Assembly: GCA_951406725.2 (NCBI GenBank)
Contig: OX597815.1
Coordinates: forward strand, 89,776,001 to 89,840,000
Source of the DNA: Octopus vulgaris
Lineage: Eukaryota
DNA length: 64,000 nt
Reading direction: 5' to 3'
A program made the translations under genes and the position numbers. Shown piece after piece: positions 40,365 to 54,539 of the stretch. The notes beneath the pieces are model-generated. The model made no database searches. It saw only the letters and a list, made by a program, of their open reading frames with translations, and was not told the DNA's origin. Each line of letters opens with the position of its first letter. The stretch's first letter is position 1.

Positions 40365-40680
40365 CGGTCTCGACGATTAGTATTCTGTTGTTCAATCAAC
40401 TGAACTGCTCTAATCTTGCTAAATTAATGTGTAAGTGCCGGTGAGTTCTCGGGCCAAATCAGCATGGCACGGTTAGTTGTCTGACTGAATAACTGAATTG
40501 CATTGATTATTCACCTTTCAGGCTTCCCTACAGTTAACGGCTAACGACTTTTACACGGGGATTTTAGTTGAATAGAGGCCTATGTTTTAAGTAACTCGCT
40601 CAAGATGCAGAAAATTAGAAAGAAAAGAACCCCTGGATATAACGATTGCAAAGCGAATTTCTTAGCCACTCAGTTATGAT
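40365..40680 (-). mobile_element. Degenerate SINE (family of 2755-3145)
   Basis: gtcggtctcgacga...gaactgctc...aaattaatgtg similar to 2775-2900. Confidence 0.5.
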
Positions 40681-41413
40681 TGCAATATATTTGCATAAGC
40701 AGAACATTGTTGATTTAAGTAATTACTACTGTTTTCTATTTCTATATTTATCTGTAAGTTTGTCTGTCTCTCCGTCTTTCCCTCTGGCCTCCGTCCGTCT
40801 GTCTGTCTGTCAATCCGTCGTTTAGTCCATCTTTCTGTCTGTCCGTGTGTTTGTCAGAAAGTATGATAGAGCATTCTGTTTAACTGAATGTATGTGTGTG
40901 TGTGTGTGTGTGTGTGTTTGTGTGTGTGTAGGTATGTATGTATACACGTGTGTGCGTGTGCGCATGAGTGTAGAATGTTTCGTAGGCTTGTAGAACGAAC
41001 CGATCTTCTGAGACTTCGAGAGAGAAAGAGTAAAATTTGAGACACAATTGAGATGGCTTCTAGATGCTAGGCCTCTTATTGGTCTGGAAGGACTTAAGTT
41101 ATTTTCATTATTCTTACGCCTACGTAGCTGTGAAAGCTATGTCTGAAAATATTAGCTTGCTGCATTTGATGACACATATGACAGAATGTGGTTTTGTCGC
41201 AGGTTAGTGAAGTATTTAATACTTTAGTGGCTGTTGCTGCCAATTTGTTTTAACCTAGCATCTCCAAATGTCTGTCCACCAACAACAAATCTTGTTATTC
41301 TCATAGAAGGGGCTGTTACCGGGAATGTATTAGTTCTCCACTGACCTACGACAACACTGCATCCTGGCAAGTGTGTCATAAGCAACTAGCTGAGGCTGCT
41401 AAATATACCTCAC

Positions 41414-41491
<78 letters not shown>

Positions 41492-41519
41492 TGTGTGTCT
41501 TGTGTGTGTGTGTGTGTGT

Positions 41520-42716
41520 ATGTCTCAAAGGCAAATTGCTCAGAAGATGGAATGTTATCGATGTGCGGTACAAACGACCCTCAAGCGCTTCAAAGAAACA
41601 AAAGATGTGATGACAATACAAAGAACAGGTAGCAAAAAAGTTACATCACCTCGTGTTGACAGATCCATCATCCGTCAGTCGCTCAGAAACAGGAGAACAG
41701 TATCGTTGGAGCCCTGTGGGCACTTCAACGTGGCAAGTACTTCACAAATATCAATCAGAACCATTAGAAGAAGGTTTGTAAGGTCTGAAAGACTGTAAAG
41801 CCAGGAAAAAGCCATGTGTTTCTGAAGCGAATATGGAAAAACGTCTTCAGTGGGCCCAAAACCACTCAACTTGGGCCAGTGAGAAATGGTCGAAAGTTAT
41901 ATGGTCTGATGAAAGTAACTATGAGGTAAGATAGTACATGTATTACATATAAGCATATACACTTAATGTAATTGGTTTCTTGCCCAAAATACATAAGAAA
42001 CATCCAACATAAAGCTAATATTATTTTTCATATTTTTAGTCGGGTTTTCGGTGCATCTGGTGCAACTTTCGTGCGTCACAGAGTTGGAGAAGCATTTAAA
42101 GCTGACTGTCTGATACCAGCCGTGAAACATGGGGATGGTTCTATCATGGTGTGGACCTGCATGTCTGCCACAGGACCCAGATAAATATATTTATATCAGG
42201 GAAAGATGAATTCAGCTACCTATATTTCTATGTTATCAGATGTTTTAGAGCCATCAATTGCTAAATTGCATCCAGGGGTGTCGGAAAACAGTGTCATCTT
42301 TCAACAGGACAACCGCTCCATGTCATACAGCAATGAATACTCGTCAATAGTTTGAGATACACATTATTGTTCCCATGGACGGGCCAGTTCAATGTCACGA
42401 TCTAAATCCAATCGAACACCTATGGGGAACTCTTGATAAAGTTCTCAAGAACACAACAATTAAAAATAAAGAGCATTTGTACCAACAGTTGAGAGAAGAA
42501 TGGAATAAAATTGCGCATAGTACCTCCGAGAAACTAGTTGATTCAATGCCTAACCGTATAAAAGCGGTCATTGATGCGAAAGGAGGGTCAACCAGATATT
42601 AAAAGTAATGTATATTGTGAAATATACCATAATCTACCTTGTGCCTGAGTTTCATTAACATTAACTTAGCAGGACACCAAAATATTTGGGTGACGTAGTA
42701 CTTCTGGCCAAGGCTG
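41520..42716 (+). mobile_element. Tc1-family transposon, decayed transposase with putative intron, right TIR present
   Basis: MSQRQIAQK, IWSDESN, VKHGDGSIMVW, FQQDN, DLNPIEHLW, KGGSTRY*; terminus ...ggccaaggctg followed by TA. Confidence 0.9.
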
Positions 42717-42731
42717 TATATATACATATAT

Positions 42732-42819
<88 letters not shown>

Positions 42820-42827
42820 GCATATAT

Positions 42828-43380
42828 AGGTACAGGACGTCACCAACAGTAAACAACAGAAAATACGGAAACAAGTTGATTGAATACAGAAACAACGAGA
42901 GAGGCAGATGGAAAACAGGACAAGTATAATAAAGAACGACCCTTCATCAGTTTTCGGCTGTCTACTCCTCATTTCCTGAATTAAACGACAATGTGAGAGT
43001 TCAAATATACCTGCTCCCATAATTACCAAAGTAAAATTTTGGATTTATGGAACGTCAGAGTTGAGAACAAAAACAGGACAGTAGAAACATACAAGGAAAC
43101 CGAACGAAAATAAACAGTGAGGTCGTTGGACCAGAGCGAGGGTCAAATAGCGAACGCTGGAGAAATATTTTCTTTAAAAAGAGAAAAGATAGAAGAGAGG
43201 GATAGAATACGTCCAGTCTTTAGGAAAGTCCTGAAGGAAAACAAAGATCATCCCGCGAGGAAAAGAAAGATGGACGATGGTCACGTGCGAACAACGAGAG
43301 AGAGACAGAAAAAACAGAGAAAGAGGGAGAGAGAGGCAGATAAAAAAGAGTGAAGGGGAGAAAAAGGGAATTGGAGAAAA
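42828..43380 (-). mobile_element. Non-coding element between microsatellites with partial hammerhead core (Penelope pLTR-like)
   Basis: Minus-strand CTGATGA at 42944-42950, preceded by a gaaa..gta segment; purine-skewed; bounded by (TA)n and (CA)n. Confidence 0.45.
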
Positions 43381-43989
43381 GGATACACACATACACACAC
43401 ATTCATACATACATAAATATGTACGTATTCATGTATGTATACATGTATGTATATATACGTGTATTACAAAAATGAAGAAAATGGTTTGTGATTTAAATCA
43501 TGGATAAAAAAGGAGAAAATTATTAACATTTAAATCAAGATATTACACCACGTTCCAGCGTTTTATAAGGCACTGTAAGAGAAAGAAAAATAATTCGAGA
43601 TAAAATTTTAAAAAAAACATTTCATGATATCTGTTCTGGATGTTCACATGCTTATCTTACAAAATTCACAAAATTCTGGTGATAGATTTTATAATTGATA
43701 TTGAAAGGTATATGGTGAGTGATGATAGGTAAAGAGATCTGATTTTGTTTCTATTATTTAAGAATACCGATACTTTATACAGAATACCAATATTTTATAT
43801 AAACAGTTATTAGTGGCAAGAAGAAATATCATCTTTCTCAGATGTTATTATTCTTTAACTTTTAACTTTTTTTCTTCTGCATATATTCTTCATTATAGCG
43901 GATTTTCTCAAGTCACTTACTATATATATATTCAGTAGTATGTTTAAATTTGCGAAATGGCTTTAAAATGAGAGAGAGAGGCTTGTATA

Positions 43990-44200
43990 TTCTTTTATCC
44001 TATTTGTTTCAGTCATTAGACTGCGGCCATGCTGGAGCACCGCCGTGGGGAACTTTTTAGTCGAACGGACACCAGTACTTATTTTTCTAAAACATCGTAC
44101 TTACAATATCGGTTTCTTTTTGCCAAACTCCTAACTTGTGAGGATGTAATCAAACCAACATCAGTTGTCAGATGGTGCTGGTGGACAAGCGCATACACTC
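43990..44200 (-). mobile_element. SINE 3' half
   Basis: gtttcagtcattagactgcggccatgctggagcaccgcc tail. Confidence 0.8.
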
Positions 44201-44340
44201 ACACACACAGACAAACAAAGATACATATACATATATATGTATGTGTGTATGTATATATATATATACACACACACACTTATATATGCATACATACATACAG
44301 TCATACACACATACACCCACACAAAGACACACGCACATAA

Positions 44341-44400
<60 letters not shown>

Positions 44401-44519
44401 GTATATGAAGATCTCTGCGCAAGATTCCGCTGCTTAGCTAAGTGTCTTCTACTATAACCTTGGGCCGATCAAATACATGTGAGAGTATTTGCTAGGCAGA
44501 AAGTGAATGAAGCCCGTAG

Positions 44520-44550
<31 letters not shown>

Positions 44551-45233
44551 GGGGAAGTGTGTGTGTGTGAGTGTCTGTGTCCTCCCACCACCAGTTGATA
44601 ACCGATGTTAATAATACTTTTGTGTTCAAATCTCTTGGTGGCTAAATTTTCCTTTTATGCTTCCATGATCGATAAAATATGCACCGGTCGGTTATAACTG
44701 ACTCTTCTTTCTCCTAATTCATAGCCTTGTGCCTACCTAATAAATTATTTTTAAGCAAATATTTACGACAGCTAAAGACATAGAGTGATAAATTAATATA
44801 TTGAGCGATAAATTCAGTAGCATATAAAGCGATAAATTAATACTATACAAATAAGCAAATTAATTCAAACCAAGGCAGAACGGAAAATGAGAGAATGAGA
44901 ATGCATTAAAGGAAGAGGTACTGATGGAAGGTACATATTACCTTTAATAGACTGTAAATTCACACATGTAGGGAAAATAGGACGGTTGGGTTTATATTAA
45001 TATAATCATTAAAAAGGTTTTATTTTCTTTATTCTTATATAATAACAAATACGTGGATACTGACATACGTAGAATTCATGAAAACAAGCTTTCCGTCGGT
45101 GACAATGGTGAGTAGCTCAACGTCTCATCACCGTATTGATTAAGTCTTTCCTTGTTTGATTTACAAAATAGTGGTTTTGTCTCTAATTAATATTATATAC
45201 ATACATACATATACATATATGAATGTATATACT

Positions 45234-45280
<47 letters not shown>

Positions 45281-45319
45281 GAGTGTGTGTGTGTGTGTGT
45301 GTATGTGCGTGTGTGTATA

Positions 45320-45625
45320 CTGTAATATAAGTTATCGATCATACCAGCAACAATAATATAAGATATCCGTGTACCTAGGTTTCCGAATAACATTATCTAC
45401 ATAGGTATGTTTCGAATTCTTTAACCGTTCGCATGCTTACGTTCGATTTCTATCGTAATTTCAGTGGTTTAGTTGGAGTTGTAACTCCTATTTCTACTGG
45501 GTATGGCGTGTGAACGCTCTTATGCTTAACGCTAATTTTAAATTTTATAACTATTTAATGCTATTTAATACCTGTTAATCACTTATATTATTGTTGCTGG
45601 TATTATCGATTACTTACAGTTACCG
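45320..45625. mobile_element. MITE with ~43 bp TIRs and TA target duplication
   Basis: Left ctgtaatataagttatcgatcataccagcaacaataatataag matches reverse complement of the right end; TA on both sides. Confidence 0.8.
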
Positions 45626-46587
45626 TAGATAATATTAGCAATAATAATATCATTATGAATATTCAAATTCGAATATTCTACTAATTATCAATATATATTT
45701 TCACACTGAGGCACAAACCAAATCAGAACGCAGACCGAATTTTCTTGAATTTTTTCTCAGTACACCTACCCACATGCATGCATATCTGCATGCACACACA
45801 TAAACGTACTTTTCACATTGTTTCAAAACGAACTTCATATCGACACGAGCAGACCTTCATCTTTTTATATTCCTACAAATGCACGCATACAACACACGTT
45901 GATTGATATGCTTAAGTCTTCCCAATTCCCTGAAAAATGTATATGCAAAATTTCTTATATGTAAATGGGAAATTTTGAATAGAAATTTGTACACATTTAA
46001 CATATGATTATATATGCATACAAAAAATGCTTCAATAACTTGGAAGCATAAAACACGTAGTAACGTAGGAGAAAACCATAAAAAACTAGAAAATTATGGA
46101 AATGCATGTACACACCATTCCGTATCTCAATGCATACATATGTATATAGACAGGCACAAAAGCATTTGCATACACATAAAGATATATACACATATGCACG
46201 CTACAAGCACATATGAAAGTATATATTTTTCCCAAATAAATCAAATGAAGAAATGCTTAATTTTTTGGCGATTTGAAATATATTCAAGAATTTCCTTTCT
46301 CAACTTAAATACACATTGAGAAAGCAACATAAACAAATTTAGTTTCAATAAATATTGTATGATACTTATTCAGGTGTCAATAGGTGTCATTTGGATTCTC
46401 TCGTATTAGTGTGCATAATAGCATACTGGAATTCTATAAGAAATGCCGGTACAAAAACGGTTATAAACCATAATAAAAAATGCTTCTGCTAATGATAACA
46501 TACCATTGTCAAAGTCATGCTAGTGCACTCACAACATACTTCCTTAAAAGTAAAGGAATTCTATATTGGGTAATGGTTTTCTAGATA

Positions 46588-46824
46588 CAGTAATAATCAC
46601 TCGCTACATTGCAGTTCACCTACGGCACATTCAGTACATCGCGGTTCATCTATCGCGCACTCAGTACATCGCAGATTTTTCTGGCTAATATGTATAAATT
46701 TATATCGCAGGTTCTACAGTGTATCCGGGTTTCTGCAGCCAATACGCATTTATAATTTTTAGATTTTAATTATTTGTCTTGGAGGTTTTGGAACGTAACA
46801 CACGCGATAGTCAGTAAACTACTG
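46588..46824. mobile_element. pogo/Tigger-type MITE
   Basis: ta-cagta..ctcgcta / cgcgatag..tactg termini; internal ~33 bp tandem duplication. Confidence 0.6.
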
Positions 46825-47002
46825 CACAGCAGCAGTAAATAAAACAAGATGTTGCAACATGTATGCAGTCGTTAGATCAAAATAATTGTTTTAGAAAGAT
46901 TTGAAAAAAATATCATTTATCAGAATTCAAGAATTCACAATCTATCGGAATATTGTTCAAGGTAAAAGTAGTGCCCTTATCAGAGAAGCTAATAATGAAT
47001 TA

Positions 47003-48242
47003 TCAGGTCGTCAGGTATGAAATTTGTAGTAAGGTATATGGTAAACTGTGAAAACTGCTCATTTTGCGCCATTATTTTATTTGGACAATATTTTTTTTGT
47101 TAGAAACCTAATACGTCTATTTTTCTTATTCTACCACATTGTGCGCTTTATAAAGTATTTATAAATTGTTTTTGGCTATTTTTGTTTAGAGATGGCTAAG
47201 TCGGAAATTCTTACAGCTTTCAAATAGTAGTCCGTTCTTGGAAATACAGCATCACAGACAGCTCGGAATATTAATGGAGTATTTCATTCTAATGTTATTA
47301 CACAGCAGAATTTGCAAAATTTCATTCTTGTAATTTTTACTTCACAAATGAATAGAAACAAAGGTGGATAACGAACAGAAAGCCATCGTCGAGACAGAAC
47401 CATTTCAACGTGAATTATCGTTGTTATTTGGTGTTAGTAGGCAAACAATATTGACTTCACTAGTTCAAATCGGTAAAGTGAAAAAGATGGATAAGTGGGT
47501 TCCACATGAGCTCAATGAAAATCAGAAACAACAATATTTGGAAGCCTGCATTATACTACTTTCTCGTCACAAAATTAATCATTTTTCGATCGAATTGTAA
47601 TATGTGATGAGAAATCGATCCAAAGCAACAACTGTTAACGTTAAGCACAATGGTTGGACAAATATGAGCCACCAAAACACAGTCCAAAAAGCAAAATTCA
47701 TCAAAAGAAACTGTGTGCTTGATAGTCTGGCGCAGGTGTGATCCATTATGATTTCATTAAAGCTGATTCATCAATCACGTTTGAAGTATACTGCAGCCAG
47801 CTGGACCAAATAATGCAGAAACTTACAAAAATCAACCCAGATTAGTCAACAGACCCACTCCTATCTTATTGCAAGGCCATGCCAGACCACGCATCGCAAA
47901 AATGACATTGGCGAAACTACAGGAGTTGAAGTCGGAAGTTCTCCATCATCTACCATACTCACCTGATCTTGTCCCCACTGACTAACACGCCTTCCATAAT
48001 TTGCATAACTTTTTGATAGGAAAAAATTTAATTCCGTCAAGGCTGTAAAACAGGCCGGCCAAGATTTTATTGACTCTAGATTGCCAGGATTTTACAGTTC
48101 CGGGCTGCACAAGCTACTGCTAAATTGGCAAAAGCGTATTGACAATATGGGGACATAATTTGATGAATAAAGCTATTCCTTGTATTTATAAAACATTAGC
48201 AAACTTTTTTCTTTTCTACAAATTTCATACTTGACGACCTAA
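47003..48242 (+). mobile_element. Full-length mariner transposon (~1.24 kb), inactivated transposase 47192-48170
   Basis: 27 bp TIRs tcaggtcgtcaggtatgaaatttgtag / ctacaaatttcatacttgacgacctaa; TA flanks; WVPHEL, CDEK and YSPDLVPTD motifs. Confidence 0.95.
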
Positions 48243-48445
48243 TAGAAATAATTTTCCGACAAATAAAGGAAAATCGGATGAAGAATAAGAATTAATATAC
48301 GTTTACTCATATATGATTAATAAAGCTGCTGCCTTGAAATTACTAGAGAAAGAAGGTAGCATATTGAAAATAAGCGCCCCCTCCTCCCGAAACATCAACA
48401 AGAATTCAAGGGACAAAGAAAATGTGTTCTAATAGTTTGGATTCA

Positions 48446-48487
<42 letters not shown>

Positions 48488-48518
48488 AACATATATATAT
48501 ACAAACATATATACAAAT

Positions 48519-48582
<64 letters not shown>

Positions 48583-51500
48583 TGTTTGTTTTGTGTGTGT
48601 TTGTGTGTGTATGCGTACGTATGCATCGAGGGGATTATAATCCAAGCTGTATCCTCATGACTCAAATGTACGAATGCTTCCTTTTGAAGGAGTTATAGAA
48701 ACTAGTCTACTTTTCTGGTCAATTCCTGTTTGCAGAGTATTTACATTTTGTAATGAGACGCACGTGTTTCTGAAAAGATAGGCTGACACGACCCTGGGTG
48801 GGTCGGCTTCAAAGTGACCTTCAACAGATTATCCGAGTCCTAAAGCTTCTCGGGATTGAGATCAAAACGAGAGGTGATAAATATGAGTTGTGATGAGGCC
48901 GAAATTCTGGACGCCGTACTCAGTATACAATCTGTTTTGGTAGGGGCCTGACTGACACCAAGGGATGCAGTTTGCGTTCTCGGCTCCCCAGTCCTCTCGA
49001 AAACTTGCGGACTTGTTCAGGGTGACAAAGGGATTGCGCTTCAATGGCGCGCACCTGGCGCTCTTCCCCGTGAGGGATTGTTTTGCTCACTCTAAGCTCT
49101 TTTTCTCGCTATGCACTGCATCATCACACACTTTCACAGACCGCCTTAGAGGTCCAGACATGCCCTCCCCATCAACCGTTACCCTTTTATATGATGAGAT
49201 CACTCGTATTTGAGTGGGTCAACACCTCGGACTCCGCATGCATGAGCTGCACAAATGTTGTTGTCGAGCGGCAGTAGGTGAGTTTGGCCTGCATTCCCCT
49301 ACACGCGTCTCTGAATGACATAATTAGAAGGAACCTGGACGCTGTTGGCTTACTGTCTCAAATGGAGCCAGTAGGACTCGACCACAGAGAAGGTGAGCGT
49401 CACTCTTCCCATTTGAGGGAGATATATTCCTAGTTAGGAACACGACGGACAGCGACACCTTCTCCGTCTCCAAACTTGCTGTATTGGCTGCAGTTCGAAG
49501 TGTGGATACACGTAATGCGGAGAGAATAATCCGACTGCTACCAGTCTCTGCTAGTTGTCGTCGAGATGGTAGGTTTTCTCGGACCCCGTACTATCGATTT
49601 CTTTCGCAAAACCGGTATAGCAGCGACCTGTCTGAGGAGTGATCCCTACGAGGAAGAGAGATTGCTGCAGCTATTCTGCGACGTGGAACATGGATGGGTT
49701 CGTCATTTGTTCTGGGATGTGTGGCCCATCGTTCCATAGCCCTCCATATTTTGCTGCTTTACGCACAGTTTTTTCATTTCCTTTTCAATGTTGTTTTTTT
49801 TTCTGTTTCTTTGTAATTAAATGTTATAATTTAGAAGGTGAGATTTGATATAAATTGTCTGTGGAAATAAGACAATATTTGAAAAGAGAATGACAATAAC
49901 GCAAATACAAAGTTTTGATTTTTGCTATTCTTGTTTTAGAATATTGCACAGCAAACGAAGGCACTCGCTACTCTACCGCGTTATGTTCCAGCATAAACTA
50001 TTTTTCCAAGAGAGGCGTTATAATTTACTCTTGAAGAAAAAACGTATAGAATCTCCTAACAAATTCTTCAGACAATGATTAAAAAATTATACCAATTTAC
50101 ACTGGATGCTACTGCGGTTTATAGTATTAAGCATTAATCAGTACATCGATGTGTTTATATATGTGTGTGTGTGTTTGTGTGTGTGTGTCTGTATGTGTCA
50201 GAGTATGAGTGTGCGAGGGCGTACCTGCGTGCGTACGTGTTTGTGTGTTTGTGCGCGCGCGTGTGTGTTTCTGCTTCTGTGCGAGGATATGTGTGAATCT
50301 TGTCTTCGTATCTGTATGATTGTTGTGTTTGTTTGGAAAGAGGTATCTTCTTTCTTGGGTAATCGTAAAACTAATGAGTATGATTGCGTGTTGTAATTAT
50401 TGTTCACGTTATAATTACTGTTCCAGGCACGTTACACATCATCTATCTCATAATTCCACGTCATTCGGGATGCCGTGAGACTGCGAATGATTAAATACTT
50501 AATAGTATGTGGCAAACTTACTGTATATATTTCGAAATTATCACAACTTAAATAAAACAAATAATATACCGAGAAACTTTTACGTTCGTATTGTGGTACT
50601 GTAAATAACATAATATTCATTCTAAATTCTAACGCCAAAAGTATTTACATAACTTTGTTAAATGTCTCTAACAATATAAAATGAAAAGAAATGTAATGTA
50701 TGTTGTATTAAAGTCTAGACTTTCTGCCTCCTGCTGCAACCATCTATAGATTTATAAATACATTATTGACGTATTAATCACAATAGTATTTTCCAAATGG
50801 AAATCCTAATTTGATAACAGTATTTCTTTTATTCGGTGACATTTTACTTCATAAGCCTTGAAAATCTATCGCTTTTACTTCTTACAAATTGGACAACAGT
50901 CTCCTGCTTCTTCGTCGTTCTGCTTTCCCTGTTTGTCTGTTCAAGTTTAAATAGTTGTATCTGTCTAAAGATATCTTCAAACACAATCAACGTTACCTGA
51001 AAAGCGAGTGTTCTTAACTAAGATGATTATACTTAAACTGATTAAAGAGAAACGAGTCCGTCTCATACAATAACACAACCAACGTTTTATATATCATTAT
51101 TTGGACAGTTCGTTTCGTACTTCTATGGAAAACTTTGGTTTTGACCAGTTAAATTCTTATTATCCTAAAGGATAATAATTCTTGATGTAAACTTATAGAA
51201 ATAACTTATCTATAACCACCAGCATCGCAATTTTAATTGGTCACTGTAGCGACAATATTCGAATATTCTTATTACATTTCAGCTATCTTATGAATAGAAA
51301 TATATGTACATATCTTTATATGTTACTGATGATCTGGAATGCCAAAGCAAATAGAAAAGAGTCATGCACAGAAAATCTTACGTGGCATTTTAAGTTTATG
51401 AAATAATGGACTGTTTTATTTACAACCAAAGAGAGTCAACTGATCCTACGTTGAAACTGATATCATTTGAATACAAATACTGCTAGGCTATATTAATCAT

Positions 51501-52109
51501 CCTCTGATATTACAATCGAAAGAAAAATGTTGAAAACCTACAGTAGAGTTTGTAGTTTTTCATCAATATTGTTGCACTTAATGGGCTGCCGATGTATACT
51601 ATTCAATCAAATGAAAGTTGGAACTATACTTAAGCACATTATTCTTAAATATACCACAGAACTACACACCAATACATTATACACGCAAATGTGATATAAT
51701 ATATTTAATAAGCGATTCAGTAACTCAAACAAAATACGATATGGAAATCTATAATCAGCACACTTGGCAAAAATTCCACATTGACTCAAATTAGTTACAT
51801 TATTTTTAGCATGGCTGCTTTTGTTCATTAATGATCTAATTTGCACCAAGAAATATCCATTACAAATACAACTCCTCTGCACACGAATAAATTATGCATA
51901 GTTAATGCTGAATATTCTCCATTTTGTCTAAGAAATATTAATAACGCATAATGAAAATGAACACATTTTTGAAAAGAAGCAACACATGACATGATAACAT
52001 TAAGTGGATTCAGCACATGCTTTATAATTCTAATGAAATTTAAAACGTATTTTAATTATCGTACACGTGGCTTCTACGTATGTAACGATAGTCGAATGAA
52101 GTTGCGCGA

Positions 52110-52260
52110 TTTTTAAACTAAAGGCCATGATACTGAAATTATTAGCCGAAGTCTTAAGTGTAATGTCACGTGTTTCTGGATTCGATCTCACTGCAGTGCA
52201 CATTGATAGAGTGGCTTCTAGTCTAGCACCGGATGGCACCATGTCATGTGGGTAACATTT
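52110..52260 (+). mobile_element. Degenerate tRNA-derived SINE
   Basis: B-box-like GGATTCGATCTC, followed by a body similar to the 53692 family. Confidence 0.45.
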
Positions 52261-52424
52261 CGTTTAGAGGAAATGTGGAAACGTAGACAATCCTATCATG
52301 TGTGCAGGCATATATGTAAATGTGTGTGTGCAAATAAATAAATGTATGTATTTATATACATTCGTACTTAAATACACATACAGAAACACACACACAAGTA
52401 TGTATATATTAAACACATCAAAGG

Positions 52425-52612
52425 TCATAGTCCTAAAAGTTCGGTTTTCCGGATTGTGGTGTATATATTAATCTCCCCTAGATGTGACATTTACCAGCCG
52501 AGTGGTCTGGACCAACGTGAAATTAAATATTTTGCTCATGAACACGACTCATTGACCGATGAAAGAATCGAAACCACAATCTTATGATTGAGTTCAAAAC
52601 TCTAATCTAAGC
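52425..52612 (-). mobile_element. Degenerate SINE
   Basis: Minus-strand B box GGTTTCGATTC; gaccaacgtgaaattaaatatttttgctc body. Confidence 0.55.
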
Positions 52613-53691
52613 GACGGCCGGCCAAAATGCACACATATGCGCGCACACACACACACACACCAACACACACAGAAAGATAGATAGATCCAGTAAACATATA
52701 TAATATATATAAACAACAAAGGGCATATGAAAATGAATGGCTCTGAAACTAAATGCCAAGTTGTTGATTCATTTTGGCTATCCTCTGTCTTATTGTTTGT
52801 GCTAAGATTTCGGCAAAGACAATCTTATAAAACGAGTGATTTTTCATAGAAGTTCGAAGAATATCCGCGTGCCGTTTGCCACTATATCATTGTATATCAT
52901 TACACTTCTAACAGCTACCTCCTACTAAGATATGGCAATTTAGTTATCTGATGAACACGTACACCAGCAGTCAAACATTTTGCTCTTTAGTAATTGAAAT
53001 GCAATTTCACTCTTCAACTCTTCTATAGAATAACGCTCGAATTTCCCTTCTTAAATATATCTTTCTAAGAGCAGCCATAGAAGACAATTCTTCCTGTGAT
53101 GGTAAGCAAACTTTTTGCCTATATTTCTTAACACTGTCTTTTGTGCGGTATGTCGTCTTACAAATACTTGATGCCTAGATTAGTTGACAGGCTTCACTTT
53201 CTCGAATTTGTACGAACATTTCTTGACATTCATACATTATTTGTTTCTGTTACATTTATTCAATGGTACATCATTTACTTTTACAATATCCCAGGGATGG
53301 ATATATTTATTAATGTGTATACTTAATATAATATTTCTCTCCTTTATATAAAATATTGTCTTTGTTTATGTTATACAACATTCCAACAGATCACAGCGTA
53401 TCAATTTTCAAATGTCAAAAAACAAACTAAAATGAAAAAGATATATTTTTGCTTTCAGTGTTACGTTTATGTAAGTTAATATACTGCTATTAGATAAGTA
53501 TGCGTATTCAGATATATATTTATAAACATATTGAGACATCTTAATTTCTGCTGCAAAGCACTTGTCAAAAACTTCATGTTTTCTTTTATTATTTGTCAAA
53601 GTTCTTCGGCTTCTGGAGAACATATATGAAAATCTGCATATGGTATACTAATATGACTTCCACGAATAGATAAAAAAGATAGTTCAACATA

Positions 53692-54075
53692 TAGGCGCAG
53701 GAGTGGCTGTGTGGTAAGTAGCTTGCTAACCAACCACATGGTTCCGGGTTCAGTCCCACTGCGTGGCATCTTGGGCAAGTGTCTTCTGCTATAGCCCCGG
53801 GCTGACCAATGCCTTGTGAGTGGATTTGGTAGACGGAAACTGAAAGAAGCCTGTCGTATATATGTATATATATATATAAGTGTGTGTGTATATGTTTGTG
53901 TGTCTGTGTTTGTCCCCCTAGCATTGCTTGACAACCGATGCTGGTGTGTTTACGTCCCCGTCACCTAGCGGTTCGGCAAAAGAGACCGATAGAATAAGTC
54001 CCGGGGTCGATTTGATCGACTAAAGGCGGTGCTCCAGCATGGCCGCAGTCAAATGACTGAAACAAGAAGAAGAAA
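53692..54075 (+). mobile_element. Near full-length tRNA-derived SINE with internal microsatellite and LINE-type tail
   Basis: A box TGGCTGTGTGG, B box GGTTCAGTCC; tail ggcggtgctccagcatggccgcagtcaaatgactgaaacaag. Confidence 0.9.
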
Positions 54076-54218
54076 AAAAATGAATTAAAAAGAGTATGCA
54101 GAGTTTTATGTAATTACTCGGGAGAATATATATGTGTGTGTTTGTGCGCAGCTGTCTATCTCTATATAGACACACTATACATATGTGTACATGTGTTTCT
54201 GTATATACATGCATGCAT

Positions 54219-54257
<39 letters not shown>

Positions 54258-54539
54258 GGTGTGGGTGTGTTTGTATGTATGTATCCCTGTGTATGCCTCT
54301 GTGTTTATCGACAACCGCTTGACAGCTGGTCTTGTTTTGTTCACATCACTGCAACTTAGCAGTTCATGAAAAGAGACCGATATAATAAGTAACAAGCTTT
54401 GAAAAATTAATTAGCGGTGTCGATTAACTAAGCCCTTCAAGGAAGTGCCCCACCGTGGGCCATTCCAAGTAAAGGCCAAAAAACGAAAAGCAAACATATG
54501 TGTATGTGGTGTGTGCGCACGAGTGCGTGTTGTAATTTC

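Noticed and set aside
53068-53106. Micro-exon candidates here and at ~58540
   Set aside because: Splice-like motifs are expected by chance and there is no coding homology
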